Shown here: positions 23,779-37,716 of the stretch, one piece after another
How the letters are laid out: every line of letters begins with the position of its first letter
How positions within the stretch are numbered: position 1 is the stretch's first letter
Assembly (NCBI RefSeq): GCF_009834535.1
Contig: NC_045697.1
Span: 61,258,001-61,322,000 of the forward strand
Source: Camelus ferus
Taxonomy: Eukaryota
DNA: 64,000 nucleotides
Reading direction: 5' to 3'
The notes under the pieces: model-generated
What the model was told of the DNA's origin: nothing
The model's database searches: none
What the model saw: the letters and a program-made list of their open reading frames with translations, nothing else
Translations under genes and position numbers: made by a program

Positions 23779-26700
23779 ATACGCACAATATATAGCTTAA
23801 GAGTTCCAACAATTTGTATACTACCATGAGGACATATAAAGTGGAAGAAAGAGGTTAACACAAAACCCACTCTATATGAGATTAGCAGATCAGTTATTTA
23901 ACTATTCAATAAAAGAATCTGCGGGATTTCAAAGGGAAATTTTCAAATGGGCTATTAATTGATAGGAGAAAACTAAAAATTAGTTTCAGTTGAGTTCATG
24001 ATCCAGTTAGTGGAGTATACAAAATCTTGCTGGAATTGAAGTCATCATGCACACTAGGAATAGATACAGCCTAGATACAAGGATAGCAGCGGATATCAGA
24101 TCCATTCTACATTTCAGGAAACTGAGGCATGAACAAGTTAAGCAATGTACCCACCATTACATAGCAAGTAAGTGACAGTGCTAGAGTCCCCTTCAGGCAA
24201 TATTATTCTGTAGCCTGCACTTGTAATTCTTAAACTATGTTCCAGGCACCTTTCTTGGAATTGGGGGCAAACAAAATATTCATGAGTCCCTGCCCTCATG
24301 AAATTCGCATATCTTATATTTGGCTGTGACCTTCTTTTTTGTGGAGATTTGGAAAGAACTAAATTAAATATGTAAAAGAAGACAGCTAGAAGTGTGAAGT
24401 TGGGCACATTTTAGTAACATCTATTTGTTCCAATTTCAAGTGCACACTGATGGAATTAGAATCAACCTGAATCCCCAGATTACAGTTGAAGTGCCCTGTA
24501 TACATACACACACATATAAACATGCATTCATAGAGATATACAAGGGGATACATACTAAATAAGTAGAGTTTCTTTCCCCAAATCATAAATATTCAAAAAA
24601 ATGTTTAAAAGGTTTAAAACTTAAAACGGCTACTCAGAAGCCATTAGTTGTAAGAATGACATTTATTAAGAGTACTTCATTACTTTGGCCACATCCCGAA
24701 GCAATCTTTAATAATTTCTTTAATGGAATGAGCAGATCAGAACTGTAATGAACCTCTTCAACTTTCTTTAATGGCTATTTTATTAGCTAAAATAGATATT
24801 TGCTTCTTTGTGTTTGAACCTCTTATAAAAATCCCGCATCTGTCACACTGGATGTTAAAAAATAAAAATTGAAACCAGCTCTCTTTATTTTGATCAATCC
24901 AATCTACATATACTTTGAAGCCAGTCAAATCTAAGTATATTTCTGAGGACCAAAAAAGACATAGAATACAGAGCTAAAATAACTTCAAAATTCCAATACT
25001 TTTCTTTCTTCTACAGTGAGGCTTGGAGATCTTTAATGATTACAAATATCAGATCAATGTCCTTTGGGTCTATTGGACACCAAGTGACGTGGCAAGATCA
25101 TCACTGGTGGAGCCAGGTCAAAGTATGTATAGGGGGCATCATTGTGCCCTCACCCAAGAAGAGGAGTCCTGAGCTGACACTTTTGTCTAAAATTTCTGCT
25201 AGAAATTAGTGAACTCACTGTTGTCAATCAAGTTATGGGGCAGATTTATTGAGTCAGTAAATTAGACCCATAAGCAATCTGGTAGACTTTTTATAGCCTG
25301 GAAACTATTGCAGAAAATGGAACAAAAAGAGTTACAGCTATTTGACTGGCATAGTCTCTGGTGTAAGGTGGCAAAAAAAAAAACAGTGATGAAGTTTCAG
25401 ATTGAAATTATAAAATCAGTAAGTAAGCAAGCCCCAAATTTAATTTTTTAGATGTTCTAGCCATACCTAAAAAACAAAACCTCTATAACACAGTCACCTT
25501 CAAAAATACCACTTTCCTCTTCATAACTGAATATACATGCATACTTATGTGTACACCTCTAAACAAAATCAATTCATACATACCATCTGATGAAAAAAAG
25601 TGATTACAAATACTTTTTTATATGGCTTTATGTAAGTCTGCAACACATACTATATATAAAGTTTCTTTTCTTTCCAATTACTACAATGTCAGAAGGTTAG
25701 CCAGAGAGGAAAGGAAGGAAAAGACATATGCAGTTTTGTAGAGCTGACATTTTTTTCAAACCATTTACAACTCTAATTTTTAAAATGCAAGGACATTTTC
25801 AAATACAACATAGAATTGGAGTGCAATACATGCTCGGTAGGAACAATTCTCAGTTAATGGTTCAGTCTTAGTGAATTATGTTTTTACAATGGGCCACTTC
25901 AAATCCTTTTAGCAAAAAGTGAATATAAATATAGAAGTAAATAAAATAAACAGAAACACCATAAAACCGGTTTATATCCCTTATGTAAAGTAATGGTGAA
26001 TTCACTCTTTGCAAGAAAACAAACAAATCTCACCTAGCTAAATTTAATATCTTATTATTGAATTCTAGCTGCCCCTGCCTCTGAACCCTCCTCCTCCCAG
26101 TACAATGTTTTCTGCCTCACCTTGGCTTCCTCATGATGATAAAATGCCAAATAATCCAGAAGAAATTGCATAAGAAATGGTAGGGGGAACCTAATAACAA
26201 ACTCTATTTCAACTTTAGCAATAGGAGGGAAATAAAAGTGCTATTATCCAAATCCAGAAGATTGGGTAATTGGTAAATTAATTAATACCACTGTAAGTTG
26301 TGGACCAAAAAAGTGACACATTCTTACCTTAAATATTTTATTTTGACTTAACTTTGAAAGTGTGTTATTTGTTTGCTAAACTTTTGACATAGGGCCAAAG
26401 CTTTTTATCAATGCAGATTTGACTGGTGTTTAGAATCACCTATCTTGAATAAACAACACCCAAAATTTAACATCAGTTTACAATATCTCAAACTGTATCA
26501 AGAACAGAGGAAAAATATGAGTAGAATGCTTTAAAAAAAAAAATGCGTATCCCAATCTTTCAGAGTTGACTTGCCCACATCCAATTCCACAGCACTTTCC
26601 TCAAATATTTTTTTCTCTCTTTCTTGAGTCTTTCCAAAGACCTTCAATTTAGATTTCATGACAAAGATAGTGTTTTTATTTTTGCACTCATAGTCCATTG

Positions 26701-27984
26701 GCTTCTGTAATAGGCATTTGAGTTTAATAATTCAGCTTAGTGACAATCAACTGGCGTAGTAGGAAACAAACAAGGCTGACTCTAGTTAAGCACTGAAGTC
26801 AAGAAGGAGGATCAGGGGTGGTGAGGTCCTGGACAGGGGCCTAGTAGAGTGAGCACTCAACCACAATTGCAATGAGAGGTCCACATGTTTTTCTAAGGGA
26901 ATGGAGAATGTTGGTTAATCCAGTGAGTCTGTGAAGTGCAGACAGCTTAATAGGGCTTCCAATATATTTATGATTAGAATACAGTGGTGCCTTGTGAAGT
27001 ATAAGGTCAGGCGTGCAGCTGTGACTCAGGCGCCAGAACTACTGATTGCAAGAGGCACTGGAGGAAACCCAGGAAGTGTCTGGTGGGAGAGGAGGGGCAC
27101 GGCCATGGAAGGCTCCCATGTAGTATCACTGTAGTCTGATTTACATGTGTCTTCCCACAGATGAAATTTCTGTACTTTCTAATTCACTTAAGAAAAAAAT
27201 GTTTTGTTTTGTTTTTTTTTCTGCCACCAACAGTTTCTGCTTTGATTTCTTTTTTCATCCTGGAAAAGTAAGTCTAAGATTTAATTTTTTTTGACCCCAC
27301 TTTCAAAGTCCCAGTGAAGGACTTTTCTTTATTATGTGTCCATCTCGGTCCAAAACAATCTGTATTGGGAATGCCAAGCTTTTTAGTATAACACAGCTGC
27401 TTTTTGGAAATGTGCAGAAATGGGGAGAATGGGCACAACTTGAGAAAAAGCATTGAGTATCCACCTCAGATACATTTTCTCCAACTCTGGGAAAATGGAA
27501 GAATCACAGGGAAGGCTGAGTTTAAATTAAAAAAGTTCAAACTAATGTTCCAGGTGCAGGGAAAGTTTGAGACCCACAGGCTTACAAGACAAATTAAAAA
27601 AAAAAGGCAAGGCCAGATCACATTGAAGCCATTAGCCATATTAGGAATTTTGCTAGGTTAGTTTGAGTAAAATGAATAGCTATCAAAGAGTTTTAAGTAA
27701 AGGGATCATTTTATTTCAGTTAATGTTTTTAAAAAGATCATCCTGGTCGCAGTTTCTAAATTACTTCAGTTAAGACTTGCATGACAAATGGAGATGAGTT
27801 AAGAGAATAAGGATAAGAGAAATCTTGTAATTATATTTTAAGTCAAAATAATTATAATAGGGAACACTACAGCAAAATGTACTGGTTTATATTTTCAAAA
27901 ATACCTTATCTTTGTGGAACTGTGATAAGATTTATGCTTTTTGACACAAAAACTGGACTCATCCTCTCTCATTCTAATGCCATT

Positions 27985-28170
27985 GTTTCTGGAGTTGAGA
28001 CGACCTGACTGTGACTCTGAAACAATCCTTAAACATTCTGGGCTTTAATTTCTTCATATTTAAAATAGGATATTGTTACCTATGTCATAGAGTTAAATTT
28101 TTGAGGTCTAAATCTTAAGTACCTAGCTGCATACCTACTGAATAAAATGTACTCAATAAATGGCAGTGGT
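27985..28170 (+). mobile_element. MIR SINE
   Basis: 'ccttaaacattctgggctttaatttcttcatatttaaaatagga...acctatgtcatagagtt...actcaataaatggcagt'. Confidence 0.65.
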
Positions 28171-29624
28171 ACTTCATTCTGGTATTAAGCTTCCATAACC
28201 AAAGCAGGTGACTTATAATATAAGATAGTAAATAATAATGTGATGAGCAAAACTTTACTGCCTGAACCTCCATTATATTGAGCCAATTTACATACTAAAG
28301 CTTAGTGGACAATGAAACTGCTCTCAGCACATAAAAGCAGATTTGGGACAAGGTTTAACCAAAGGACATAATTATTTTCTAAGACTGATTTCAAAGGATG
28401 GTAACTCAAGCTACCTCAAGAAAAAGTGGGATGATTTTAATAATGCCTGTATAATGGACTGGAATAGGAAATCTATTAACAAAGTGAGACAGCTCTAGAG
28501 ACAGGCTACTCTCTCCTCTCTCTTCTCCATTTGTCTCTCAATCTCCATACACATCTAATTGCTGTCTCCCACTGGCTTGGTTTCTTATAAAAACTTAGTC
28601 TCTACTTACTTTATAATTTCACCTTTCTCTGGATCTTCTATTATTATTGACCCTACTTCAATTGCAAATTAGCAAATTCTTCCTATGTTTTAATTCAATT
28701 AGCTCTAAGTATGAGCTATTTCATACAGTGATTCAGTGATCATAGGCCACAGCAAAGTAGGTAATCATATGACTTATGTACATTCTTTCATAACATGTCA
28801 ACTGTTAACTAGCATCTATAATCATCTGTGTTTTAAGGAAATCTTTTTTTACAGAGAAAAATATCATCCAGTGAAGGCATTGTTAGATCAAGCTCATTTT
28901 GAAGCCAACTAAAGCTAACTAGTTTTGTACATTATCAATTCTTCACAATTAATTACTGTTAGCAATTCCTGAAATAGGGTCACTATCAATTTATTTACAA
29001 ACATAAACATAACACTTATAAATACTAACTCATAAGTGGAGAAAGTTTGGTCCATTTTGAGCTCAGTATAACTGGAATTAAAATCAAATTATCATCACTT
29101 AACTTGTAACATGTGAATTTAGTTGACTTATCCTAGTTGTGAGGAGTCAGCATCCTTATTCTTCTCCAGTTTTACTTTCCTAAATCTAACATATTGCTAA
29201 GTAACTCTAGAAAGCCCCATGGAGTGTCTCAGAAATACTCATGTAATACCTGTATTCCTACAGAAATCTCTATCTGCCTATATTTCTCCTCAGCGGCTGT
29301 CTTGTTTGATGCCCTTGAATCTCTCCAGAGAGGAAGGTCATCTCTGGTCTGCTTCCTGAGCTTGTGGGGAAATCACCTCGCCTGAGATGCTGCTCTCTGG
29401 CATATCACAGAGTTGCAGAGCACTCAAGGTACCAAAACTATGCTGTGCTCTTATATACTTATATTTAACACATGTTTGTTGAATCTGTATTGAGTTCCGG
29501 ACAGGACGTGAAGCACAGGGGATATAGCAGTAAATGAGACACTTATGATACTTGCTTTGAGGAGTTTATAATCTAGAGCAAAAGAAAGAAATTTAAGGCC
29601 CTGTTATGTTCACACTCAATGGGA

Positions 29625-30304
29625 TGTCTCCTATAAAGAAGTAAATAAATGACAAGTATTAGCAAGAATATGAATAAATTGGAACTCTTGTGCACTGTTA
29701 ACACGAATGTAAAATGGTGCAGCCACAGTGAAAATAGAATTACTATATGTCGCAGCAAATTTACTTCTAGGTATATACTCAAAAGAATCAAAGGCAGAGT
29801 CTCCAAGAGATATTTGTACACCCATGTTTATAGCAGCATTATACACAGTGGCCCCAAAGTGGAAGCAACCCAAGTGTCAATCAATAAATAATTGATACAC
29901 AAAATGTGGTATATACGTGCAATGGAATGATACTCAACCTTAAAAAGGAAGGAAATTTGGACAAATAAGACAACATGGATGAACTTTGAGGGTATTATGG
30001 TAATGAAATAAGCCAGTTACAAAAAGACAAATCCTGTATAATTCCATTTATATGAGATACCTAGTGTAGTCAAATTTATAGAGACAGAATACAGAATGGT
30101 GGTTGCAAGGGGCTGGTGAGAGGAGTGAATGGGGAGTTGTTTAATGGGTATAGAGTTTCAGTTCTGCAAGATGAAAATAATTCTGGAGATAGTTTGCACA
30201 ACAGTGTGAATGTACTTCACACCTCTGAACCATATATACTTAAGAGTGGTTAATTTGGTTAACTTTATGTTATGTGTATTTTACTAGAATTAATTTTTTT
30301 AAAA
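29625..30304 (+). mobile_element. L1 3' end (L1MB-like)
   Basis: 'aaattggaactcttgtgcactg...gtaaaatggtgcagcc', 'gatatttgtacacccatgtttatagcagcatt', 'aatgggtatagagtttcagtt', 'ttatgttatgtgtatttta'. Confidence 0.9.
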
Positions 30305-30886
30305 GTCCCTGCTGTGTTTCTTAAAGAATCCCTTATAGTGATGAGAACAATATTACACAACCCCAACTGTAACTTGCACATTACCATCTGCTACATATGT
30401 CCCTGATCTCTCAAAAACCATCTTTAAAACTGCTTTTATGTGAAATCCTTTTAGAGAATTAAGAGCCAATCCCTAAAACCAAGAGAAAAACCAGATACCA
30501 TATCAATAACACCATAAGTAACTTCCTTTTCTCTTTGCTTTGAGTACTAGAAGAACCTCCTTCTCTCAGCTCCTTACCAAATTTCTGCTGCTGAGCCAAT
30601 CTTGTAAATGGATACCAGATACGTCGGAAGGAAGGAAGAGTGTTGACAACCTCACATGCCTGACTGCCTTCATCTGAATTGAATGAAATGCATTATACCA
30701 TAAATGGACCATTCTCTTCCTTACACTTTGGCAAATATTCATCAATATAAATTTCACATGAACAAGGGGGCTGAGTCTAAAAAGCCACTGTTCTCATTAT
30801 ATTCAGATCTTGAATAAATGCAGTATGTCATTCAAAATGAAATTTTAAAATTCAATGAATTCATGAAAACACCATAACATGTTAAA

Positions 30887-31110
30887 GCTAACATTTACTA
30901 AGAATTTACAATGGGCAAGGCACTATTCTACTATTCTAAATGTATTTACTTACTTAATTTTCATAACAACCCTATGAGCTGAGACAATGGTCTGCACTGT
31001 GAAAAGGAGGAAACAGAGACATCAGGAATCTTGCCCAATGTCACACATACGATGGTGGGCTACAGTTTTCACCTCAGCAAATCAATTCCAAGAATAAGTA
31101 ATCTTAATCA
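30887..31110 (-). mobile_element. MIR SINE
   Basis: 'gctaacatttact...aggcactattcta...cataacaaccctatgag...gaggaaacagagac...cttgcccaatgtcacaca'. Confidence 0.8.
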
Positions 31111-33868
31111 TTATTCAACACTGCTGGATGCAGAAAGTAAGATTCACAGAGGTGAAATAATTTATCGAGATCATACAACCATATAATAGAAGAGCCAGAT
31201 CTCTTACCCAGTCCAATGGCTTTCTTCCCTTTTTCATATCCAACCAATCAAAGTAAACATTCTGTAATCTCTCAGTAAGACAAAGTAGTTCTATTCCTTG
31301 CTTGTCACAGCACAGGAGGTTGTTAGAATTTAAAGGATGGACTTCAGCAATCAGACATTCCACCCCTTTATCATATTATTCTTCACCTCTTTGTATTGAT
31401 AGAATTATCTCAAATTACAACACTTATTTATTAATTTTACTCTAGTTAATTCAAGAGTTTATAATTCCGGGCAAACATCATGCATCTTTCACTTGTCCTT
31501 AAATATTATCACTATTTAAAGATTTTTAAGTAGTGGAGTTAAATTAAAGCACAGCTAAAATATAGTTACAATTTTAACAACATTTTAAATTAAAATACGC
31601 TTATTTTAATATCATACATTAATTCTCTTCCTGCATGTTAAATGGAGAATGCCATAATATATTTCTTATGTGGTCCTGAGATTTGATTATGTGTGATATT
31701 ACTGACCTTTTAAACTTTTTTTCTTCCTTTTACATGAGATGACATTTTTTGGTTGTTTTTTGAGTTAGTACCTAATCGATTTAAGTTTTTGAGAAAAGTA
31801 TTACTTAGAAATGTATTTAGAAAAACAGTAGTTAGGAAAAAACGACACAGTATACACAATATAAGTTACTCATTGATCACTGTCCTTTGGCTGGCACAAT
31901 TCATAGTTTGACACCTTTCCTTCTTCTAGGCATTAAGAAACTATTTGATATTATTAAACATATCAACTGTCACCAAAGTGAGTATAATTCACATTGCTCT
32001 AAGTATGTACTATTACTTTTATATGGAAAACGATTGTGTTTTGTTGTTTACTGTATGTAAACATACAAAAAAAAAAAACTTGACAAAGACTTGGCTTTTA
32101 TTTTCAAGTAAACAACTACTGTAAGTCACTTACAGTCTACCAAAACAAAACCAGAACTCTGCAACTTGAAATCAGATCACAGCTGTGTTCATGCATAGCA
32201 TTCTAATTTAATCAATAGCCAACAGTCTATTCTGAAGTGATAGCAACCATTAGAGTTGTCTAAGCAATTCTTATTTTTTTCTCAAATCAATCCACATATT
32301 AACAGAGCAAAATAACAGAAAAAATGACTACTTCAAGCTTTTTTCCCCCATTATTATTCTCAAAGGGGACTAGTACAAAAGTGAGGCAATGTAAGCTGGT
32401 CATAAAATGTTTCAACAAGAAAAAAAATCACAGCATAAAGATCATTTTTGTTGAAGCTAAAGAGAATAATAGAAAACTGCGTTCTCTCAGGGATGGGGCC
32501 AAGGCCCCAGTTCTACTGCTATTGGAGAAAATGCTGTGAGTTCAAGAGTCAAACTGGTTTCTACTATAAAAGCAGTAGATTATTCTGTGATTAGTGCCTG
32601 AAACTGCTAAGCTTTACTGCCCCTTTTATTTAGCTTTACCTTCTCTTCTCATATAACCTGGTATCTGGTAACTCTTTATCTTCAGGACGTATGAAGTTCT
32701 TTAATGTTTTACATAAGTGGATACATATGAGTGAGATAAAATTTAAGCAATCCGAGGTAACAAACTGATTCCATCTTGAAACAACAAATCTGAAATTGCA
32801 GTTGTTATCAATTTGTTGTTATCTGAGTACAAAAGTGATATAATTAAACGCAATCAGAATATATGCATTTTGGATTTCTCTCTAGTGATGGTGATGGGTT
32901 AGTATTCTTCTACCAACTTGCCCTCACCCTCCTCTTTGAATACAAGAACAGACCCACATTAGCAAGGTTGTTGGCACTGCTTGGAAATTTGATCATGGTC
33001 ATTGAACAAGTTGAAGTAATGGGCACAAAGAAAAAAAAATCCCATGATGTTAGCCCCAAAAGATGGATGTTCCAATTAATTAATAAGATAGTCAGATTCA
33101 GTCCCTGACTGATACTAAAGATTTCAAAATGAAGAGGGCAGAATTCATGTCAGAAGAATTAATGTAACAATAGTAATATGCCAGAATTATCTACATAGAA
33201 ATAGCACTGATACAGAGTCCAGAAATGCTAAAGTGGGAATACGGCTGAGACTAGAGCAGGGCATACACAAAACAGCCTCCTGTGTAGGGACATGTATCTT
33301 TCGGGCTGCAATGTGTAAGCCAGTTTATTGTGCACACACAGAGGCCTCAATCAATACTGCTTGAACATGATGATGATTATAATCATAATTCACAGTTGGT
33401 CAATGTTTCAGTGTTCTGGAAGAATTCTAACTAATTTCTTTAAAAAAAATGTTTCTGCAATGTTGTTTTGTTTCAAAACAAGAAATTTTAAGAAACAAAT
33501 ATATTAAGAAACTAAGTATAGTTAAAAAAAATACTCAGGCCTATTTTAATGAATCATCACTAATGAATTTTGTACAGCTGGGATATGCTTTATTTTATAT
33601 ACGCATATATAGAGAGAGGACAGTATCCACAACTGTAGCCCATTATGAGATTTTGTTTGTTTTGTTTATCCTTAGATCACCCTTTACTGGTGAGATTCAT
33701 TTGGACCCTGACTTGATATTTAGTAACTGAAAGGTAGACAGCAAGAGAGATTTGAGGAGAGTTTCAGGTAATGTCTGGAGAGTATAAGCAAGCAGGCTCA
33801 ATGCAGTGACTGGTTTTGAAAAAGTAAGAAGCTCAATATTCCATATTAGTCCACACAATTTTTTAAAT

Positions 33869-34340
33869 TGTATTAATCAAGGTCACTATTTGGTATATAC
33901 AAATTATAATAATTCAAAGAGAGCTCTGTAAAGGAATAACATACAAGACTGGGAGCCCTGCAGCGAGACCATGAGGGACAGAACGATTCCACACGGGGAG
34001 AATCCCAATGGCCTGAGGAGGGAAAGGGTTACCACCATTCAGAGCAGAGAAGTCTCTCTGGAAAAACTGTCTCAAGGAGTTGAAATCTTTAGTCAATGGA
34101 CTCAACTGGATCCTGGCTGCACCACAGGGAGGGAGTGAAAGTAATAGTGATTCCCACCTCATTCTGCTCTTCCAACCTATTGCCTGAGCTCCCCAGTGGC
34201 TAAACCCACTGGAAGCCTGAGGCAGAGAACCCTTGACCGTGATCCACATAGATCAGTTCTTCTGCGTGGCACAAGTGGAGAAGGGCGAGGAGCGGTGAGG
34301 GGGTGTGGGGAGGAAATCATCAAGTACATGTATCAGAACA
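33869..34340 (-). mobile_element. Ancient MaLR LTR (old MLT1 subfamily)
   Basis: Starts 'tgtattaatcaagg'; contains 'ctccccagtggctaaacccactggaagcctgaggcagagaaccc'. Confidence 0.6.
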
Positions 34341-34489
34341 CAGAGTCATCCTTTCAAACCTTACTGGCATGTAACTATTTCTTTAGAACCAGGCTGGGAA
34401 ATGTATCAGTTCTGCCTTTAATTTCTAAAGAAGAAACAGATACTTAAATGTACTAGGCATTCATTTCATAAAAGCTGTTTAAGAAGTAT

Positions 34490-34740
34490 TTGGCAAGGGA
34501 GCTAAGAAAACAAGCTTTGGAATCAAGCTGTCTGGGTTCAAATTTTCCATCAACTCTTTAGCTATGTAACATTGGACAAATTACTTAGCTTTTCTGTACA
34601 TCAATTTCTTCATTTCTGTAGTAAGGGTATGATAAGCCTTAATTCAGAGAAGTATTTTGAGCATCCAGTGAGATAATAAATGTAAATTAATGGGCAAAAT
34701 TAAAAGCAAACCTCAAAAAAAGGACAACTACTATTATCAT
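34490..34740 (+). mobile_element. MIR SINE
   Basis: 'gctttggaatcaagctgtctgggttcaaat...tagctatgtaacattggacaaattactta...tcaatttcttcatt'. Confidence 0.8.
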
Positions 34741-35826
34741 ACTAATTTTTAGATACATTAACAACAAAAGGAATGGATATCGAGGATGAGCTCTACAGTT
34801 CAGGCTCTCAGAGCTCTCTCCTGCTCATCTTTCCTAGGTTATTTTAGACTGAAGAACCAGTGTGGGTGAGGATGCAATGCTGAACTCAACTAGGTTCATC
34901 TCGAGATTCCTGAAAACTCTTGGCACAAATTGGAAATAACAGAAATTTGTTGGGATTTTCTTTCTACAGAACATATTGCTGACAAAGATAAGTGAAAGTA
35001 AGAGTAGGTCTATTTCTGCTCAGTGTGGGCCTCCTGGAAGAACAAGCAGCTGGAATCTGCAAATGCACCCCTGTAATGGTTTTGACTGCAACACGGTCCT
35101 GTCACTCCCTTCTGAAATCAGATGATGCCATTTGTCATATTCTGAAAGGAGCACCACAACAGGTGAATGCAGAAACTTCTTCCCTGCATAAATCTTTGCT
35201 CTCTCATGAAGTTAATCAAAAGAAGCCTGGAGAACAGGCGGGTTACCTGTGCATGGTTTACTTCATGGGTTATAAGGTTTGTAAAAAAAAAAAAATTACC
35301 TCTTCACAAATTGCAGGCTATCCAACACTCCTGCTGGCTGTCATGTCCTCCTGAAGATGTAAGCATATTCATCACTGCACAGGGTGCCTGCCAAGTATGC
35401 CTTTATAAGCAAGGCTTTTAAAACAATTTGGACTCTCTTACAAGATCTGATGGAAGTATGTTTCCAATACCTTGATTTTCTCACTGGCTTGATTTGGTAA
35501 TATAACCCAATACTGTAGGATAATTAATATTTCCACAGCTGCACTTTGTATAACGGAGGTCTGCTCTCATAAGATTTCAAAAATACCTCTTATTCTTATT
35601 AATCCAGACTAACATGTTCAGAACAGAAAATATAATAAAAGATAACTGTGCAAGGATTTGTTCTTTCTCTGGCTTCTGTATCCCCCATATCTAAGCCACA
35701 GCACTAACAGATTTTCAGGAAAGTGTTCTAACTTCCTTGGTGTCCTACAACAGTATCTAGTAAAGATACATCTTAGGTTTTCAAATTTGTTAATTAGGAT
35801 AACAATTAGGATACTTAACATATCAA

Positions 35827-36194
35827 TGTATCAGTTTTTTAGGGTTGCCACAATAACGTACCACAGCCTGGGTGACTTAAACAGAAATTTATTTTCTCAC
35901 ACTTCTAGAGGCTTAGAAGTCAGCGGTGAAGGTGTCTGCAGACTTGTTTCTTCAAAGGCCTCTCTCCTTGGCTGTAGATGTCTGTCTTCTCCCTCTGTCT
36001 TCATGTGGTCTTCCCTCTGTGTGTGTCTGTGTCCTACTGTCTTCTCATAAAGACATTGGTCCTATTAAATTAGGGCCCACCCTCATAATCTCATTTAATA
36101 TTAATTACCCCATACTTATCTCCAAATATTCTGAGGTACTGAGGGTAGGCCTTCAACATATGGATTCTGGGGGAACATAATTCAGCCTATAACA
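35827..36194 (-). mobile_element. MaLR solo LTR (MLT1A-like), full length
   Basis: TG...CA termini; 'taccacagcctgggtgacttaaacagaaatttattttctcac', 'ttagggcccaccctcat', 'aattcagcctataaca'; TSD atcaa/gtcaa. Confidence 0.9.
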
Positions 36195-36314
36195 GTCAAC
36201 TGCTGGAGAAAATGATCAAAATATGCTTCTGAGACCAATAATTTTAAACTTTATATCAGGAAGTTCGGCAGAGTCAAATTTATGATTAATGAAATATTGT
36301 ACCCAATACTATTT

Positions 36315-36640
36315 TCAGTCTTTGCATTGGTGCGTCCCTCTGGAATGTTCTCCCAAGGATAGTTCCATGGCTCACTCACTTTCCTCCCTAAGCCTTTACT
36401 TACTGTCATCTTCTCCGTGAGACATCCACTGATTTATACTTGGACACAGCCCTCCAAACCCTCCATCACACTTTTCCTCTCTAATGCTCCTCAAAGCAAT
36501 TATTACCTACTGAATACCTCACATCTTATTTTTAATTGTTCCTCATTTTCTATTAAACTTTAAACATAAGGATTTTTGTCTAATATATTTACTGTAATAC
36601 TCCATGTAATAGGAGATTATTAAATATTTGTTGAGTTAAT
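36315..36640 (+). mobile_element. L2 3' end
   Basis: 'tctttgcattggtgcgtccctctggaatgttctccc...ccatggctcactc', ending 'taaatatttgttgagttaatg'. Confidence 0.7.
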
Positions 36641-37636
36641 GTAAAACAGTTTTATAAATGTCATTGTCTTTTATTAAATAAGAATAAAGAGTAATTTATT
36701 TTCTCTAATTGAGTCTCCTAAGTACTAGTATTACCTTAATATTATCTGTGGGGTCTTTTGGGAGGTTTAAGTGCATCTAAGATTTGTATTTCCAGATTTC
36801 TCTAGCAAGCAAAGAACCTCTTGCCAACATGATGCTAAAAATTCCAAGCACACTCACTTCAAACAGATACTGATTTAAAACACCTCTTCAGGTACCTTGG
36901 AATGTAGAAGAAGAATGTGATAATAAATGTAACATTTGTGAAGAACGATACGGAGATCTAAAACTTGAGTCAGTGAGAAGCTGGATAAAATGAGATTGGT
37001 TGAGGTAAGAAACTAATTCCAGATTAACATGTACAAAGTACAGTGGTGCCATTCTAACTTATTAACAGAGTAATGGCTTGAGAAATGAAAAGAATGAATA
37101 TAATAAACCCAAGAAGGTAAAGAGGGGGAATAGAAATTTTGGAGCAGTGAACATTTATATTAGTTGTCCCATTTAGGCAGCTTAGGAGATCTGTTGGTTT
37201 GTACAGAAAGTACTGGAAAAATGAGAGATTCAACCAAGCCCACGCATCTTTTTTAGAGTAGCTAGTCCGGCATACTAGTACCCAGACTATGTACTTCGTT
37301 AGAATTTAATAATACAAAGGAAAGTAATTTTCTTTCATAAAAATATATGTTTAAATGATGACTGTGATTGGATCATCATTAATATGTAAGTTCAAATTAA
37401 AAATGAAGCATCTTAGTTTCATGGAAAAATGAAAGAAGATAGGAGGCCTGAATTCTAGACCTAGTCCTGATACTTCTAATTATATGGTTTAAATTTAAAA
37501 CGATCACACTGACTGCTCTATGGAGAATAGACTTTTGGGTGTGTGTGTTAGAAGTGGAAGCAGGAAAACCATTAAGAGGCCATCATGGTAGTCTTGTTAG
37601 AAACGAAATTCCTTGGACCAAGTGAAAAGAGGAGGT

Positions 37637-37716
37637 AGTTGGGTGTGGAGCTTATGGTGACAGGATGTGCTGAGGAAGTTGGGTGTGGAGCTTATGGTGA
37701 CAGGATGTGCTGAGGA
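37637..37716. repeat. Perfect 40-bp tandem duplication within an L2-like remnant
   Basis: agttgggtgtggagcttatggtgacaggatgtgctgagga twice, with no mismatch. Confidence 0.97.

Noticed and set aside
25081..27131. Possible TIR pair (caagtgacgtggc / gtagtatcactg) bounding a 2-kb hAT element; TGACGTGG motif at 25085-25092
   Set aside because: The match is short and weak, with no TSD or transposase motif visible; a single 8-mer is expected by chance.
27141..27274. Exon-like segment (acceptor tcttcccacag, donor gtaagt); similar acceptors near 19654, 25016 and 39436
   Set aside because: There is no convincing open frame or chain of compatible exons, and such signals are common by chance without RNA evidence.
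37637..37716. Direct repeats here and at 3176, 41754 and 60294 as CRISPR-like arrays
   Set aside because: Each has only two adjacent units with no unique spacers, in mammalian DNA; they are simple tandem duplications.
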